A stretch of DNA of 64,000 nt, taken from the IMG/VR virus record IMGVR_UViG_3300045116_000451, positions 1 through 64,000 of that record; one strand, 5' to 3'. Source of the stretch: a virus. The notes beneath the pieces are model-generated. The model saw only the letters and a list, made by a program, of their open reading frames with translations, was not told where the DNA came from and searched no databases. Position numbers and translations under genes: made by a program. Positions 9,803 through 18,717 of the stretch are shown one piece after another (within the stretch, counting starts at the first letter, position 1; the number at the start of each line of letters is the position of its first letter).

Positions 9803-10839
9803 TCGTCATCGTTCGAGGCGTTCACGAGTTTGACCCTGAGCGCCCTGGTTACCTTCCTGTGACTTTCGATCGTTTCGGCGTCGAGCTTCACGCCGTACGT
9901 TTGCTGAATCCTCTGGACGAGCACTTCCCAGTCGGGTCGTCCGCGATGGCAACGCCAAGTCACTTTTCCCCAGGGTCCCTCGATGCCCTCGGCGCTTCGC
10001 ACGATCTCCTTGAGCCGCTGCGCGGCGAGTTCCTTCTGCCGCTTCGCCCGTTGCTCTTCGCGCGAGGCGCGCACGTAGTCGATCGCGATCTGCTCGGCCT
10101 CGGCCGGCGCGATGGCCATCTCGCGATCGGTCGAAGGGTACAGCTTGCGCAAGTACTTCAAGTAACCCTCGGACCCATCCGCGGCAGGAGGAATCTGCGT
10201 CACGACGTGATCTCGCCAGAACTTGTAAGCGGCATCACGCAAAAGCCCGGCGTACTCCTCGTCGTAATCGATGCGGAAGCTGCGGAACCTCGTGCCGTAC
10301 ACGAGGGCGGCGACGTCGGCGCGCTTGTAGCCCGTGACGAGCATCTGCCACTGCACCTGGCAGAAGACGTAGGTAGGAACCCGGTCGCAGTCGTCCGCGT
10401 CGTCGTCTTCGTCCAGGTTCCAGTGCCTCGCGACCCTAGAGCCGACGAGCTTGCACTCCAAGAGGTGACTCGCCGCGCCGCTGAGCGCCGCACGACGAGG
10501 GTCCATGGCCACCGGCGGGCCTACGATCACGAACCTGTCCGGGGTTGCGAGCGCCCACTGTGCGTCGGGCTCCCTGCACCGCCACGTCTCGTTGGGCTCG
10601 TACAGACGCCAACCCGACCTGTTCGGAGCGTCTTCCATGAGGTAGCGCTGCGCTACGGCCGCTTCGACGAGCGACCCCATCATGGCTTCAGGCGACGGCG
10701 GCGAGAGGGCTTCGGCTGGCTCGCATTTGTCGCGCCACACGTCGATGGGGCGGTGCCACGGGTTCTCGCCAACGATCGCTGAAATGTCGGTCGCGGTGAT
10801 GCCCGTCCTTCGCATCTGAAGCTGCTCTTCACTCAGCAT
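9799..10839 (-). CDS. YqaJ-like viral recombinase exonuclease
   Basis: RRTGITATDISAIVGENPW, ATPDR, LLECK, QVQWQMLVTG. Confidence 0.9.
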   Translation of the reverse strand: MLSEEQLQMRRTGITATDISAIVGENPWHRPIDVWRDKCEPAEALSPPSPEAMMGSLVEAAVAQRYLMEDAPNRSGWRLYEPNETWRCREPDAQWALATPDRFVIVGPPVAMDPRRAALSGAASHLLECKLVGSRVARHWNLDEDDDADDCDRVPTYVFCQVQWQMLVTGYKRADVAALVYGTRFRSFRIDYDEEYAGLLRDAAYKFWRDHVVTQIPPAADGSEGYLKYLRKLYPSTDREMAIAPAEAEQIAIDYVRASREEQRAKRQKELAAQRLKEIVRSAEGIEGPWGKVTWRCHRGRPDWEVLVQRIQQTYGVKLDAETIESHRKVTRALRVKLVNASNDDE

Positions 10840-10859
10840 TGCCCGAGCCTCGAACGGAC

Positions 10860-10929
10860 AGCATACGCACACGCAAGCGGATGTCAAGGCACTTTTCGTT
10901 CTTGACTTGTGCGTGTGCATGCGTAAGCT
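10860..10929. promoter_or_regulatory. Back-to-back divergent promoters with matching spacer/operator sequences
   Basis: Minus: TTGACA(10887-10882)-16-TATGCT. Plus: TTGACT(10902)-16-TAAGCT. Both spacers contain TGCGTGTGC. Confidence 0.6.
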
Positions 10930-10937
10930 ACGAGCGC

Positions 10938-11252
10938 ATGAGCGAGATCACTATCCAGGGCCTCGTACCGGCGGTGAGCAAGTTGCGGCGCTTGTTCGCC
11001 GAGGGCATGAAGCAGCGCCTGCTCGCCGAAAAACTGGCCGTGTCACAGGCAACCGTTTCGCGTTGGGCAAGCGGCGAGAGCGTCCCCGCTCCGGAGCATC
11101 GGCAGGCCATCGAGGACCTGAGCCGGACCTCTGGCAAGCTCGTCATCACGTTCGACGACTGGTACACGCTCGAGCAGCTCAGGCTCGCGTACCGCTTCTC
11201 GCGAAAGCGTATCGCTCGTCTTCGAGAGCGAAAGGAGCAGGGCGATGAGTGA
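10938..11252 (+). CDS. XRE/Cro-like HTH regulator
   Basis: MKQRLLAEKLAVSQATVSRWASGESVP. Confidence 0.85.
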   Translation: MSEITIQGLVPAVSKLRRLFAEGMKQRLLAEKLAVSQATVSRWASGESVPAPEHRQAIEDLSRTSGKLVITFDDWYTLEQLRLAYRFSRKRIARLRERKEQGDE

Positions 11253-12162
11253 GTACCGGACGGTGTGCAAACGCTGTGGCGAGCAAGCGGGGCGCTTGAG
11301 CTGGAACGAGGACAAGAACGGCGCCGCGCACCTCAAGGTCGAGTGCGCCGCGTGCGGCCAGTGGACCGCGTGGGCTCCGCAGAACCGGCAGACGCTCGCG
11401 CTCGCACCGAGGCATCCGTTCGCGGAGGCGTACTGCAAGGAGCCCCTCCTCGACTGGCGACGGGAGTTCGTCGCGTTCGACACGGAAACGACGGGCCTTG
11501 ACGGGCACGCTCGGATCCTCGAGTTCGGAGCGGCGCACGTGCTCGGCGGCAAACTCGTACGCGCCTACCACACGATGATCAAGCCCGACGGGTTCGACCC
11601 GAACGACGAAACGACTCGCAAGGCGCTCGAAGTGAACAAGATCACGCTCGAGCAGATCGAGTGCGCGCCGGCTTTTCTCGACGTGCTGCCGAGGATCTGC
11701 GAGACGCTGTCGTGCCCGATCTGGGTGGCACACAACCTAGAGTTCGATCTTCGCATGCTGCGCCAGGAGCGCGCTCGGCTCAAGGGTCAGCCCGCAGCGA
11801 GCGCGACGGTTCCAAGACCGGCGCTCAAGCTGTGCACGATGCTGCTCGACGTCTCGCTCGGCCCGAGCGCGAAGGGACGTAGCCTTGCGGTCGTGGCAGA
11901 ACGATGGGGAGCGCCCGTCGGTGGACCTGTCGAGTGGAAGCCGATCAGCGCTCCTTTCACGCAGGAAGACCGGTGCGAGATGCACAACGCCTGGAGCGAC
12001 GCCGCGACCGCTGCCGCGATCCTGATGCGCATGCTGCCCAAGCTGCCAGCGCGCTGCAGCGATATGACCGACCTCATGCGAGAAGGAGAGCGCCGATGGA
12101 CCAAGATCGTCGAGGCTCGAAAGCGCATCGACCGAGAACGAGCCAGCGACTCCGAGAGCTAA
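11245..12162 (+). CDS. DEDDh 3'-5' exonuclease (DnaQ-like) with N-terminal Zn ribbon
   Basis: AFDTETTGL, VAHNLEFD, HNAWSDA; CKRC/CAAC. Confidence 0.9.
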   Translation: MSEYRTVCKRCGEQAGRLSWNEDKNGAAHLKVECAACGQWTAWAPQNRQTLALAPRHPFAEAYCKEPLLDWRREFVAFDTETTGLDGHARILEFGAAHVLGGKLVRAYHTMIKPDGFDPNDETTRKALEVNKITLEQIECAPAFLDVLPRICETLSCPIWVAHNLEFDLRMLRQERARLKGQPAASATVPRPALKLCTMLLDVSLGPSAKGRSLAVVAERWGAPVGGPVEWKPISAPFTQEDRCEMHNAWSDAATAAAILMRMLPKLPARCSDMTDLMREGERRWTKIVEARKRIDRERASDSES

Positions 12163-12635
12163 AGGAGCGCAACCGCGTGCTGCGCGAGCGCGTGGCGACG
12201 CTCAAGCGCCTGCACCGCGGGCACAAGGCACGGCTCGCGTCCGCGGAAGAGTGGCTGCACTCTCGCGTGTTCGGTCTGGGCGACATCCACGGCCGGGTCG
12301 TCGACGCCGCGATGCGCGTCATCGACGAGCTTCTGCGTGAAGTCGCGCGCCTGAACCTTCAACTAAGCGCGCTTCGGTCATCGCGCGATCTCGGGGTTGT
12401 GAAAGCATGGACGCTCCCTACACCCGGCGCGTCTATGCCCTTCGGGAGCCTTTCCAAACTAGGAAGCGACGCGCACGCTTCCTTTTCGCCCCCAGCACTC
12501 CCAGTCCGAAAAGCGGCGCCGGCCCGGCGACAGAAGGCAGGCGTGCCGGACGCAGGAACGAAACCTGCGGCCTCCGGCGCAGCGAAGCGAGCGCCGCGCC
12601 AGAAAGCGCGACCGAAGGCTCGGGCTGGCAGCTGA
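12096..12635 (+). CDS. Hypothetical coiled-coil protein with basic tail
   Basis: AAGGAG RBS before ATG 12096; 3' end overlaps the convergent SGNH gene. Confidence 0.5.
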   Translation: MDQDRRGSKAHRPRTSQRLRELKERNRVLRERVATLKRLHRGHKARLASAEEWLHSRVFGLGDIHGRVVDAAMRVIDELLREVARLNLQLSALRSSRDLGVVKAWTLPTPGASMPFGSLSKLGSDAHASFSPPALPVRKAAPARRQKAGVPDAGTKPAASGAAKRAPRQKARPKARAGS

Positions 12636-13233
12636 GCCAGGCGAAAACGTGCTCGGCCCAGCCCGCGTACCCCCGACCGCTCGGGTGGATCCCGTCGGCC
12701 TGTCGTAGCGGAAGCCTGCTCGACTCGAAGCCGTGCAGCCCGGCCTGGCGCACGAGAGGCCCGACCCTGTCCGGCTTGGGCAAGCTCGGGGGTAGGATCC
12801 AGGCCATCTCAGCCCCCCGCGAGGTCGCGAGCGCGTGCACGGCGGCAACGTCGGAGCGCAGCTGCTCGTCGGAGCGCGCGCCGTACGAGTCGTTCGTGCC
12901 GAGCGAAACGAGCACGAGCGTCGGCGAGAACGATCCGAGCGCCGCTTCGACGCTCGCTCTCGGGGCGCCCGCAATCCAGTAGGTCATGGTCGTGCCCGAC
13001 TTCGCGAGCGCCAGAAAGTCCGCGCCAGCGCGCGTGAACGCGCTGCGTAGAGGCGGCCCGAGCCCAACGGCAAGGCTGTCGCCGACCAGCAGCACGCGGC
13101 TGCCTGGAGCGACCGAGGGCCTGCAGGCGGGCTCGCCGTGCTTTCGCACCGCGACCGCAAGGCCGACGCCCGTGGCGACGAGCACGCCTCCCAGCACCCA
13201 CGGGGTCGGGTCGCGGACGTTCACGTGTCGCAT
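12433..13233 (-). CDS. SGNH/GDSL hydrolase with N-terminal TM
   Basis: VGDSLAVG, SLGTND and DGIHP blocks. Confidence 0.85.
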   Translation of the reverse strand: MRHVNVRDPTPWVLGGVLVATGVGLAVAVRKHGEPACRPSVAPGSRVLLVGDSLAVGLGPPLRSAFTRAGADFLALAKSGTTMTYWIAGAPRASVEAALGSFSPTLVLVSLGTNDSYGARSDEQLRSDVAAVHALATSRGAEMAWILPPSLPKPDRVGPLVRQAGLHGFESSRLPLRQADGIHPSGRGYAGWAEHVFAWLSCQPEPSVALSGAALASLRRRPQVSFLRPARLPSVAGPAPLFGLGVLGAKRKRARRFLVWKGSRRA

Positions 13234-13288
13234 GGTAGCGCTGCGGGCGCACTCGTCGCAAGAGGCAGGCAGGCGTTACGATGCCGGC

Positions 13289-14074
13289 ATGCCTTCTGCC
13301 TGGATGAACAAGTGCGGCGTCGCCTACCGATTCTGGGAGGACGGGCGCATCGAAGTCGAGAACCTGGGTTTCCCCAGCATTGCCACGACGGGCAGGGAAG
13401 CGGACATCGTGCGCAAATCGTGGGCTCGATGGGGCGCGGCCGTCATGAGCGCCTCTGCGAAGAAAGGCGTTCCTGCGCCCTGGATCATGGGCATCATGCA
13501 CATCGAATCGGCCGGCAACCCGAAAGCTGTAGCAGCTTGCGAGCCTGTCTACTGCCCAGCCATCTGGAACCGGGGTGGCTGCGCTGCACAAGGAGGGACC
13601 GAGAAGTACTGCGCCGGGGGGCTGATGGCGTTCATCACCGCGACCGCGCGCCAGTACGGCCGGACGATCGAGTACTACATCGAGCATCCAGAAGATCAAA
13701 TCACCGACGGCGCCGACCTGATAGCCAAGAACGTGCAAAGGTACGGCGGGGACATGCTGGCGGCCGCAAAAGCGTACAACGGAGGCTCGATCTGTAGTGG
13801 CGGCGGCATCGTGAACATGGGCGGTCAGGCGAACTACGTCGAGCACTTCCTGAAGACAGTCAACGGGTTCATCGCCATGGACCTTCCCATGCCGGCCGGC
13901 TTCGAGCCCCCGGCCACGACCGGCAAGCTCGGGCTCGGAGCAGGCGCCGCCGTCGCGTTCACCCTGGGCACGCTGGCGTACATGTTCGCGGACATCCACT
14001 GGGGCTTGACGGATAAGATCGTCGAAACGGTCAACCGAACGTTCGGCACGAGCTGGCTGCAAAAAGGGGCTTGA
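13289..14074 (+). CDS. Lytic transglycosylase (SLT) with C-terminal membrane anchor
   Basis: IMHIESAGNPKA catalytic Glu, GLMAF, AYNGG; KLGLG precedes the TM segment. Confidence 0.85.
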   Translation: MPSAWMNKCGVAYRFWEDGRIEVENLGFPSIATTGREADIVRKSWARWGAAVMSASAKKGVPAPWIMGIMHIESAGNPKAVAACEPVYCPAIWNRGGCAAQGGTEKYCAGGLMAFITATARQYGRTIEYYIEHPEDQITDGADLIAKNVQRYGGDMLAAAKAYNGGSICSGGGIVNMGGQANYVEHFLKTVNGFIAMDLPMPAGFEPPATTGKLGLGAGAAVAFTLGTLAYMFADIHWGLTDKIVETVNRTFGTSWLQKGA

Positions 14075-14098
14075 CGCTGAAGCGCCGGTGAATATGCT
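14071..14098 (+). promoter_or_regulatory. sigma70-type promoter, probably leaderless transcript
   Basis: TTGACG-16-TATGCT; ATG begins 7 nt after the -10. Confidence 0.5.
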
Positions 14099-14104
14099 CT
14101 CGTC

Positions 14105-14581
14105 ATGGACACCACAGAAAACGGGCTCGAGCAAGAGCTGAGCAAGGCGTTCGAGAAGTTCTACTCATCCAAGGTCGCCGCCACGCTGGCCGCCGTGCAC
14201 GCCGAGATGCACGCGGACCTCGTCAGCGAGATCGCGAAGGGACATCGTCTTCGCCGGAGCCCCGGCGGCATCCCAAACCGGCCCGCGCTGCGCCAGGTCG
14301 CCGGCAAGCAGCTCGAAAAAGCCGGCATCCGGGCGCGGCCGAAGCGAAAGCGTGGCGAGCCGAACGCGCCACGCTCGGACGTGAACGTCATCATGGGTGA
14401 GGTCGTCGACGCGCTCAAGTCGAAGGGCGAGTCGATGAAGTTCACCGAGATCGTCGAGGCGGTGAAGAAAGTCGGCGCCTACTCGCCGTCGCAGATCCGC
14501 AAGGCCGTGCAGCTCGGCAAAACCGAGGGGCACGTGCGACAGATCGGCGCTCGCCGAAGCGCCATGTACCAGGCGGTCTAG
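14105..14581 (+). CDS. Basic DNA-binding protein, C-terminal winged helix
   Basis: Basic linker, then helical domain ending in GARRSAMY wing. Confidence 0.55.
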   Translation: MDTTENGLEQELSKAFEKFYSSKVAATLAAVHAEMHADLVSEIAKGHRLRRSPGGIPNRPALRQVAGKQLEKAGIRARPKRKRGEPNAPRSDVNVIMGEVVDALKSKGESMKFTEIVEAVKKVGAYSPSQIRKAVQLGKTEGHVRQIGARRSAMYQAV

Positions 14582-14856
14582 CTGCGCCGACGTGATGGAG
14601 GCCGGGCCGGCGGCCGCTCTTCCTCTTCCTCGTCGTCTTCTTCGAGCCAGCTCGGCTCGTGGAAGCGCTCGTCCCACTCCTCGAGCACGCCGTCGGCGAC
14701 ATCGCAAGCAAGCTCGACCGCGTCGTCCGCGTCCGGGTTGTCGTCATCGTCCGTGGTCTCGCTGATCGAACTTGAGAGCGCGCGCAGCGCTGCGTTGATC
14801 CACAGGTTCTCGATCTGCGAATTCGCGTCCGCTGGTAGTCCTTTTCTCGTTTTCAT
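14578..14856 (-). CDS. Small acidic protein (92 aa)
   Basis: MKTRKG start overlaps the RHH stop; very D/E-rich. Confidence 0.6.
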   Translation of the reverse strand: MKTRKGLPADANSQIENLWINAALRALSSSISETTDDDDNPDADDAVELACDVADGVLEEWDERFHEPSWLEEDDEEEEERPPARPPSRRRS

Positions 14857-15065
14857 TTCTTGTGCCCTTCCAGTTGCGGCAGGTGCTGGGCCAACAGATA
14901 CCGGATGACGGCGGCTCGGCTCGCCTTGGGGTTCTCGAACCCAAGGCTCACAGCCTGCTTGCGCATCTTTTCGGCGACTCGGTCGATCCGTGCCACCATC
15001 TCGGGAGGGAGCCGGATCATGACGAGCGAGCTGGGCTTGCCTTGACAACTGCCTTTCGATGACAT
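14853..15065 (-). CDS. Ribbon-helix-helix regulator
   Basis: VMIRLPPEMVARIDRVA...SRAAVIRYLL. Confidence 0.75.
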   Translation of the reverse strand: MSSKGSCQGKPSSLVMIRLPPEMVARIDRVAEKMRKQAVSLGFENPKASRAAVIRYLLAQHLPQLEGHKK

Positions 15066-15100
15066 AAGCTTCTGCTAACGCACCTGATAGCTTTTGTCAA
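15042..15100. promoter_or_regulatory. Overlapping face-to-face promoters
   Basis: Plus: TTGACA(15042)-17-TAAGCT. Minus: TTGACA at 15100-15095 with a weak -10. Confidence 0.5.
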
Positions 15101-15104
15101 GCCC

Positions 15105-15557
15105 ATGCGAGATCGAGCGCTCAAAGCCCTGACGTCGTACTCCCCGAACCCCCTTCTGTGGTTTCTGCTGAGCCTGCCGCGAAAGCGCCCAGCCTGGCTG
15201 AAGCTCGTGCAAGAAGGGGATGCGAGCGCGGTCTACGAGACCGAGGACGGATGCTTCGTGGTCCTGAGCGCGCGCCTGGGCGAGAACGACGAGAGAATCC
15301 TGCAGCTCGAGGTCACGGCCGAAAAGCGAGAGCTGACGCTAGGACGTCTGCGCGAGATCCAACGAGCGTTCTTCGGGGCTGGGGTCCTCACGCTGCAACT
15401 AAATTTCCCTCAGACCGAAGAGCCCGACTTCGGGCGCGCTGCCATCCTGCACTCGCTGGACGGCTGGCCGTTCCCCAAGATGCGGAGCGCCTCGGACATG
15501 ACGCGCGACGAGGCCGCCAGAGAAGCGCTGCGCTTGCGAGCTTGCGAGGAGGACTGA
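15105..15557 (+). CDS. Hypothetical protein
   Basis: ORF with plausible composition downstream of a promoter. Confidence 0.55.
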   Translation: MRDRALKALTSYSPNPLLWFLLSLPRKRPAWLKLVQEGDASAVYETEDGCFVVLSARLGENDERILQLEVTAEKRELTLGRLREIQRAFFGAGVLTLQLNFPQTEEPDFGRAAILHSLDGWPFPKMRSASDMTRDEAAREALRLRACEED

Positions 15558-15635
15558 CCGTGCGTTCCTCAAGACGAAACCCCATCGCAGCGGGCTGGAA
15601 GCCGTGACGAAGCTGCGGAAAGGGGAAAAATAGGT

Positions 15636-16190
15636 ATGACTAGTTCGCGTGACCGCAAGAAGTTTTTCGGCCCCACGTTGCTCGCTGAGGCCGTGAACCA
15701 AGTAGGAGCGCTCGCGAAAGCCGAAGGCGTGCGCGTTGCGCTCATCGGCGGGTTCGCGTTGCAACTCTTCGACTCCGACCGGGCGACGGGTGACGTCGAT
15801 TTTGCCGCAAAGGAAAGAGTGCGAGCCCTGCCTCGTGGCAAGGCGCTCTCGTTCGGCGGAGAGCAGACTGTGGCCCCGAACGGTGTCCCCGTGCACGTCG
15901 TGTTGCGCAGCGACGACTACGCTGGCCTGTACGAAGAGGCGCTGATCCAAGCAACGCGCGTGCAGGGTGTGCAGGTGCCGGTGGCGCGCCCCGAGCACCT
16001 CGCCGCCATGAAGATGGTCGCCCGACGAGCCAAGGACATCGCCGACCTGGAGTTCCTCGTCGCGTCGGGCACCGCCGACCCGGCGAGGGCGCGACCCGTC
16101 ATCCGGAGCCATCTCGGCCCATACGCCGCCGACGAGTTCGATCGCGTTGTGGAAGAGATCGCGTGGAAGGCGTCGCGGGGGCGCTTGTGA
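15636..16190 (+). CDS. Nucleotidyltransferase-fold protein (AbiEii/DUF6036-like)
   Basis: LIGGFAL, RATGDVDF, PEHLAAMK..RAKDIADL. Confidence 0.8.
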   Translation: MTSSRDRKKFFGPTLLAEAVNQVGALAKAEGVRVALIGGFALQLFDSDRATGDVDFAAKERVRALPRGKALSFGGEQTVAPNGVPVHVVLRSDDYAGLYEEALIQATRVQGVQVPVARPEHLAAMKMVARRAKDIADLEFLVASGTADPARARPVIRSHLGPYAADEFDRVVEEIAWKASRGRL

Positions 16191-16228
16191 CATCGCCATC
16201 GCCGACGGATGGTGACGACGGAGGCAAC

Positions 16229-16687
16229 ATGAACAGAACCATCGGACACCGATCACGTCGCGGCTGGGTAGTGGCCGCGGTCTCGCTCTTGTGCTTGCTC
16301 GACTGCAGCTCGGGCCCCGAGCCGGTCCCGCCCGTGACGCCCGAGATGGCATGCGAACGCGCGGACATGGTCGTTGCCGTCGTGCAGCATCCATGCAGGC
16401 AAGACCAGTGGTGCGCCGAACGCGTGGCGGGCTCTACCTGCAAGGTCTACACGTCGGAAGGCAGCACGGTATCGTTCTACGGGTGCGCCATTCCGTGCTC
16501 GCAGGACACGCACTGCGGGTGCTGCGTCGCCGACCGATCATCGTGCTCGGCCGTCTGCGTCACGTCGGGTTCTGACGCTGGCACGTGCGCGAAGCAATGT
16601 TTCGGAGACGAGACCAGCTGCCCTTTCTATCCGCTCATGTTCTGCCGAACTGGCATCGCGGCCGGTACATCCGCCTGTCAGCCTTGA
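16229..16687 (+). CDS. Cys-rich putative lipoprotein
   Basis: Basic n-region, hydrophobic h-region and Cys (LLDC); many Cys; GGAGG RBS. Confidence 0.6.
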   Translation: MNRTIGHRSRRGWVVAAVSLLCLLDCSSGPEPVPPVTPEMACERADMVVAVVQHPCRQDQWCAERVAGSTCKVYTSEGSTVSFYGCAIPCSQDTHCGCCVADRSSCSAVCVTSGSDAGTCAKQCFGDETSCPFYPLMFCRTGIAAGTSACQP

Positions 16688-16696
16688 CCAGCTCCC

Positions 16697-17077
16697 TTGT
16701 CCATCGTGCGCCTTTCGTGGGACAATCCGATCGTGTGGACCAGCTACAACGGCGGCACGCCTCGAGACGACGCCCCCTGGGCCGAAGAGCTGCTCTGGGC
16801 GAAGCTTCGCTCCCGGCAGATCGAAGGCGTCCGGTTCCGTCGCAACTACGAGCTGGCCGGCTTCAAGATCGACTTCTACGCCCCGGGCATCAAGCTCGCG
16901 ATCGAGACCGACGGCTCGCAGCACGACTTCTCGCGCGCCAAGGACGCGCGGCGTGACGAGAAGCTCGTGCACGAGGGCGTGACGGTCATGCGCTTCGACA
17001 ACGCCGAGATCGAGGGCGATCTCGCGCGCGTGGTGCGCGAGATTCGCGCAAAGGTCGGCGAGCTTCTTCGGCGTTGA
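16697..17077 (+). CDS. DUF559/Vsr-like PD-(D/E)XK endonuclease
   Basis: AEELLWAKLR..RFRR..IDFY..LAIETDGSQH..RDEKL. Confidence 0.85.
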   Translation: MSIVRLSWDNPIVWTSYNGGTPRDDAPWAEELLWAKLRSRQIEGVRFRRNYELAGFKIDFYAPGIKLAIETDGSQHDFSRAKDARRDEKLVHEGVTVMRFDNAEIEGDLARVVREIRAKVGELLRR

Positions 17078-17184
17078 CCGCGTCGACGCGCTGTTGTAGC
17101 TTCGGGCTTCCAGGACGCCCGCTCCGTGGCCCCCCTCCCCTGCATGTCGGAGCGGGCGTTCGCTTGCCCGTCATCCGACTTGTG

Positions 17185-18336
17185 CTACTGACCGATCTCG
17201 GCCGCCCGCTGCGTGCGATCGTGAAGGACCAGACCCGCCACGGTACCCAGCACGAGCACGCTCCCGCCAACCAAAAACCACCGCCGCCGTCTTTCATCGC
17301 GCTCGAGCGACTCGCGCGATTCGACCATCGCCTTCGCCATCGCACCGACCGCCGAGGCGATCCGCGCTTGCTGCGCCAGTGTTTGGCGGGACGAAACAAC
17401 TGCCTTCGCCATCGCACCAGCTGCCGAGGCGATCCGCGCTTGCTCCGCCGTCTTCGCCCGGGCAGCGGCTTCTAGCGTCGCCTTGGCCTTCGCCTGCAGA
17501 GCCGCTTGGGCCGCCGCCGCCTGCCGCGCCTGCTCGCGATTGCGAGCGACACGAGCCGCCGCGATGGCGCCGAGAAGGTCCCCGAGCGAGGCCTCGAACG
17601 CGGCCGCGAGCGCCGGAGCCCAGACGTTTCTGAGCGCCGTCGAGCCTCCCAGGACCACGGCCTGCTGCAGGTCCGCGCTTGGGCAAGCCGGCATGGGCGA
17701 GCCGTGCGTCAGCATGATGATCCACGCGTAGTCGCCCGTGATCGCCGGGCGCGATGCCAGCCACTGGTTGTCGTACGGACCGAACACGAAGCTATCGCCC
17801 ATCCAACGAGCGTCGGCCGACAGCTTCGATGCGATCGAAACGCGCGCGTCGAATTGAACGTCTACGCCGGATTGCGAACGCACGGTGTCTAGACTTTTGA
17901 TATATGCGTTGTACTGATCCGTTAGGACTTGCGCACTCCCGTCCACGAGGCACTGGTAGCACATCACGCCACAAGCCTGCGGCAAAAACGCCATGAGCGG
18001 AGCGGCGATAATCGACGAAATAACCTTGGTCGTTTCCTTGACGACCGGCCAGACGGCTTTGGAAACAACAGCCGCGATCTCATCGCACAAGAACGCGCTC
18101 GTGCCCGGCGGGATGCCGGCGCTCGCGGCGCCCGCCTGGCAACCGTACGTGAGCCCCCTTTTGACCGCGTGCTGGCCGCAGGTTTCCTCGCTCGCCTCCT
18201 GTCCGACGCACGCCTTCGCGGCCGCCCAGCCCTCCGATGCGAACTTGGCCCCTGGCTTCGCTTCGCCGGGCACCTCGAGCCCGAGCCCGGGCAGCACCGG
18301 CCCGAGCCCGAAGCGGGAGCGGCCATCCACGCGCAT
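17185..18336 (-). CDS. Putative virion membrane protein (RFGLG near N-terminus, C-terminal TM)
   Basis: GLG motif, Ala-rich coiled coil, WFLVGGSVLVLGTVAGLVL TM. Confidence 0.65.
   Translation of the reverse strand: MRVDGRSRFGLGPVLPGLGLEVPGEAKPGAKFASEGWAAAKACVGQEASEETCGQHAVKRGLTYGCQAGAASAGIPPGTSAFLCDEIAAVVSKAVWPVVKETTKVISSIIAAPLMAFLPQACGVMCYQCLVDGSAQVLTDQYNAYIKSLDTVRSQSGVDVQFDARVSIASKLSADARWMGDSFVFGPYDNQWLASRPAITGDYAWIIMLTHGSPMPACPSADLQQAVVLGGSTALRNVWAPALAAAFEASLGDLLGAIAAARVARNREQARQAAAAQAALQAKAKATLEAAARAKTAEQARIASAAGAMAKAVVSSRQTLAQQARIASAVGAMAKAMVESRESLERDERRRRWFLVGGSVLVLGTVAGLVLHDRTQRAAEIGQ
17330..17444. repeat. 43-bp direct repeat, 72-bp period (QARIASAxGAMAKA x2)
   Basis: 17330-17372 and 17402-17444 are near-identical. 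Confidence 0.8.
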
Positions 18337-18338
18337 GG

Positions 18339-18674
18339 CTAGCCCGCGACCGGCGGCCGTCCGCCCGGGGGCGCCGAGGGGGGCCTGGCCGTTGTGGTCG
18401 TTGTGCCTGCCCGGAGCTGCTTCATCAAGGCCCCGGCGCCGACCGTGAGCCCGGCGGACACCCCGGCCCCGAGCGCTGCCCCGGCGAGGCGCTTCGAGGG
18501 CCAGAGCAGCGCGCCCGCGACGGCGCCGACGATCGCAGCCCCAACGGGCGGGCCGTACGTGCGCAGGGCGACCGTGGTAGCGCTCGGCTCCGTCCAGGTG
18601 TCCCCGCCTGGCGGCGGCGCCTTCAAACGAACGTCTCCGAGCCCGGCGAAACGGCTGAAGCGCAACATGCGCAC
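18339..18674 (-). CDS. Small 2-TM protein with FAGLG motif
   Basis: Two Gly/Ala-rich hydrophobic helices. Confidence 0.65.
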   Translation of the reverse strand: MRMLRFSRFAGLGDVRLKAPPPGGDTWTEPSATTVALRTYGPPVGAAIVGAVAGALLWPSKRLAGAALGAGVSAGLTVGAGALMKQLRAGTTTTTARPPSAPPGGRPPVAG

Positions 18675-18717
18675 AGTCTAACCGCTGGTGCGTGGAAACA
18701 GAAGGTGCCCGCTTGTG

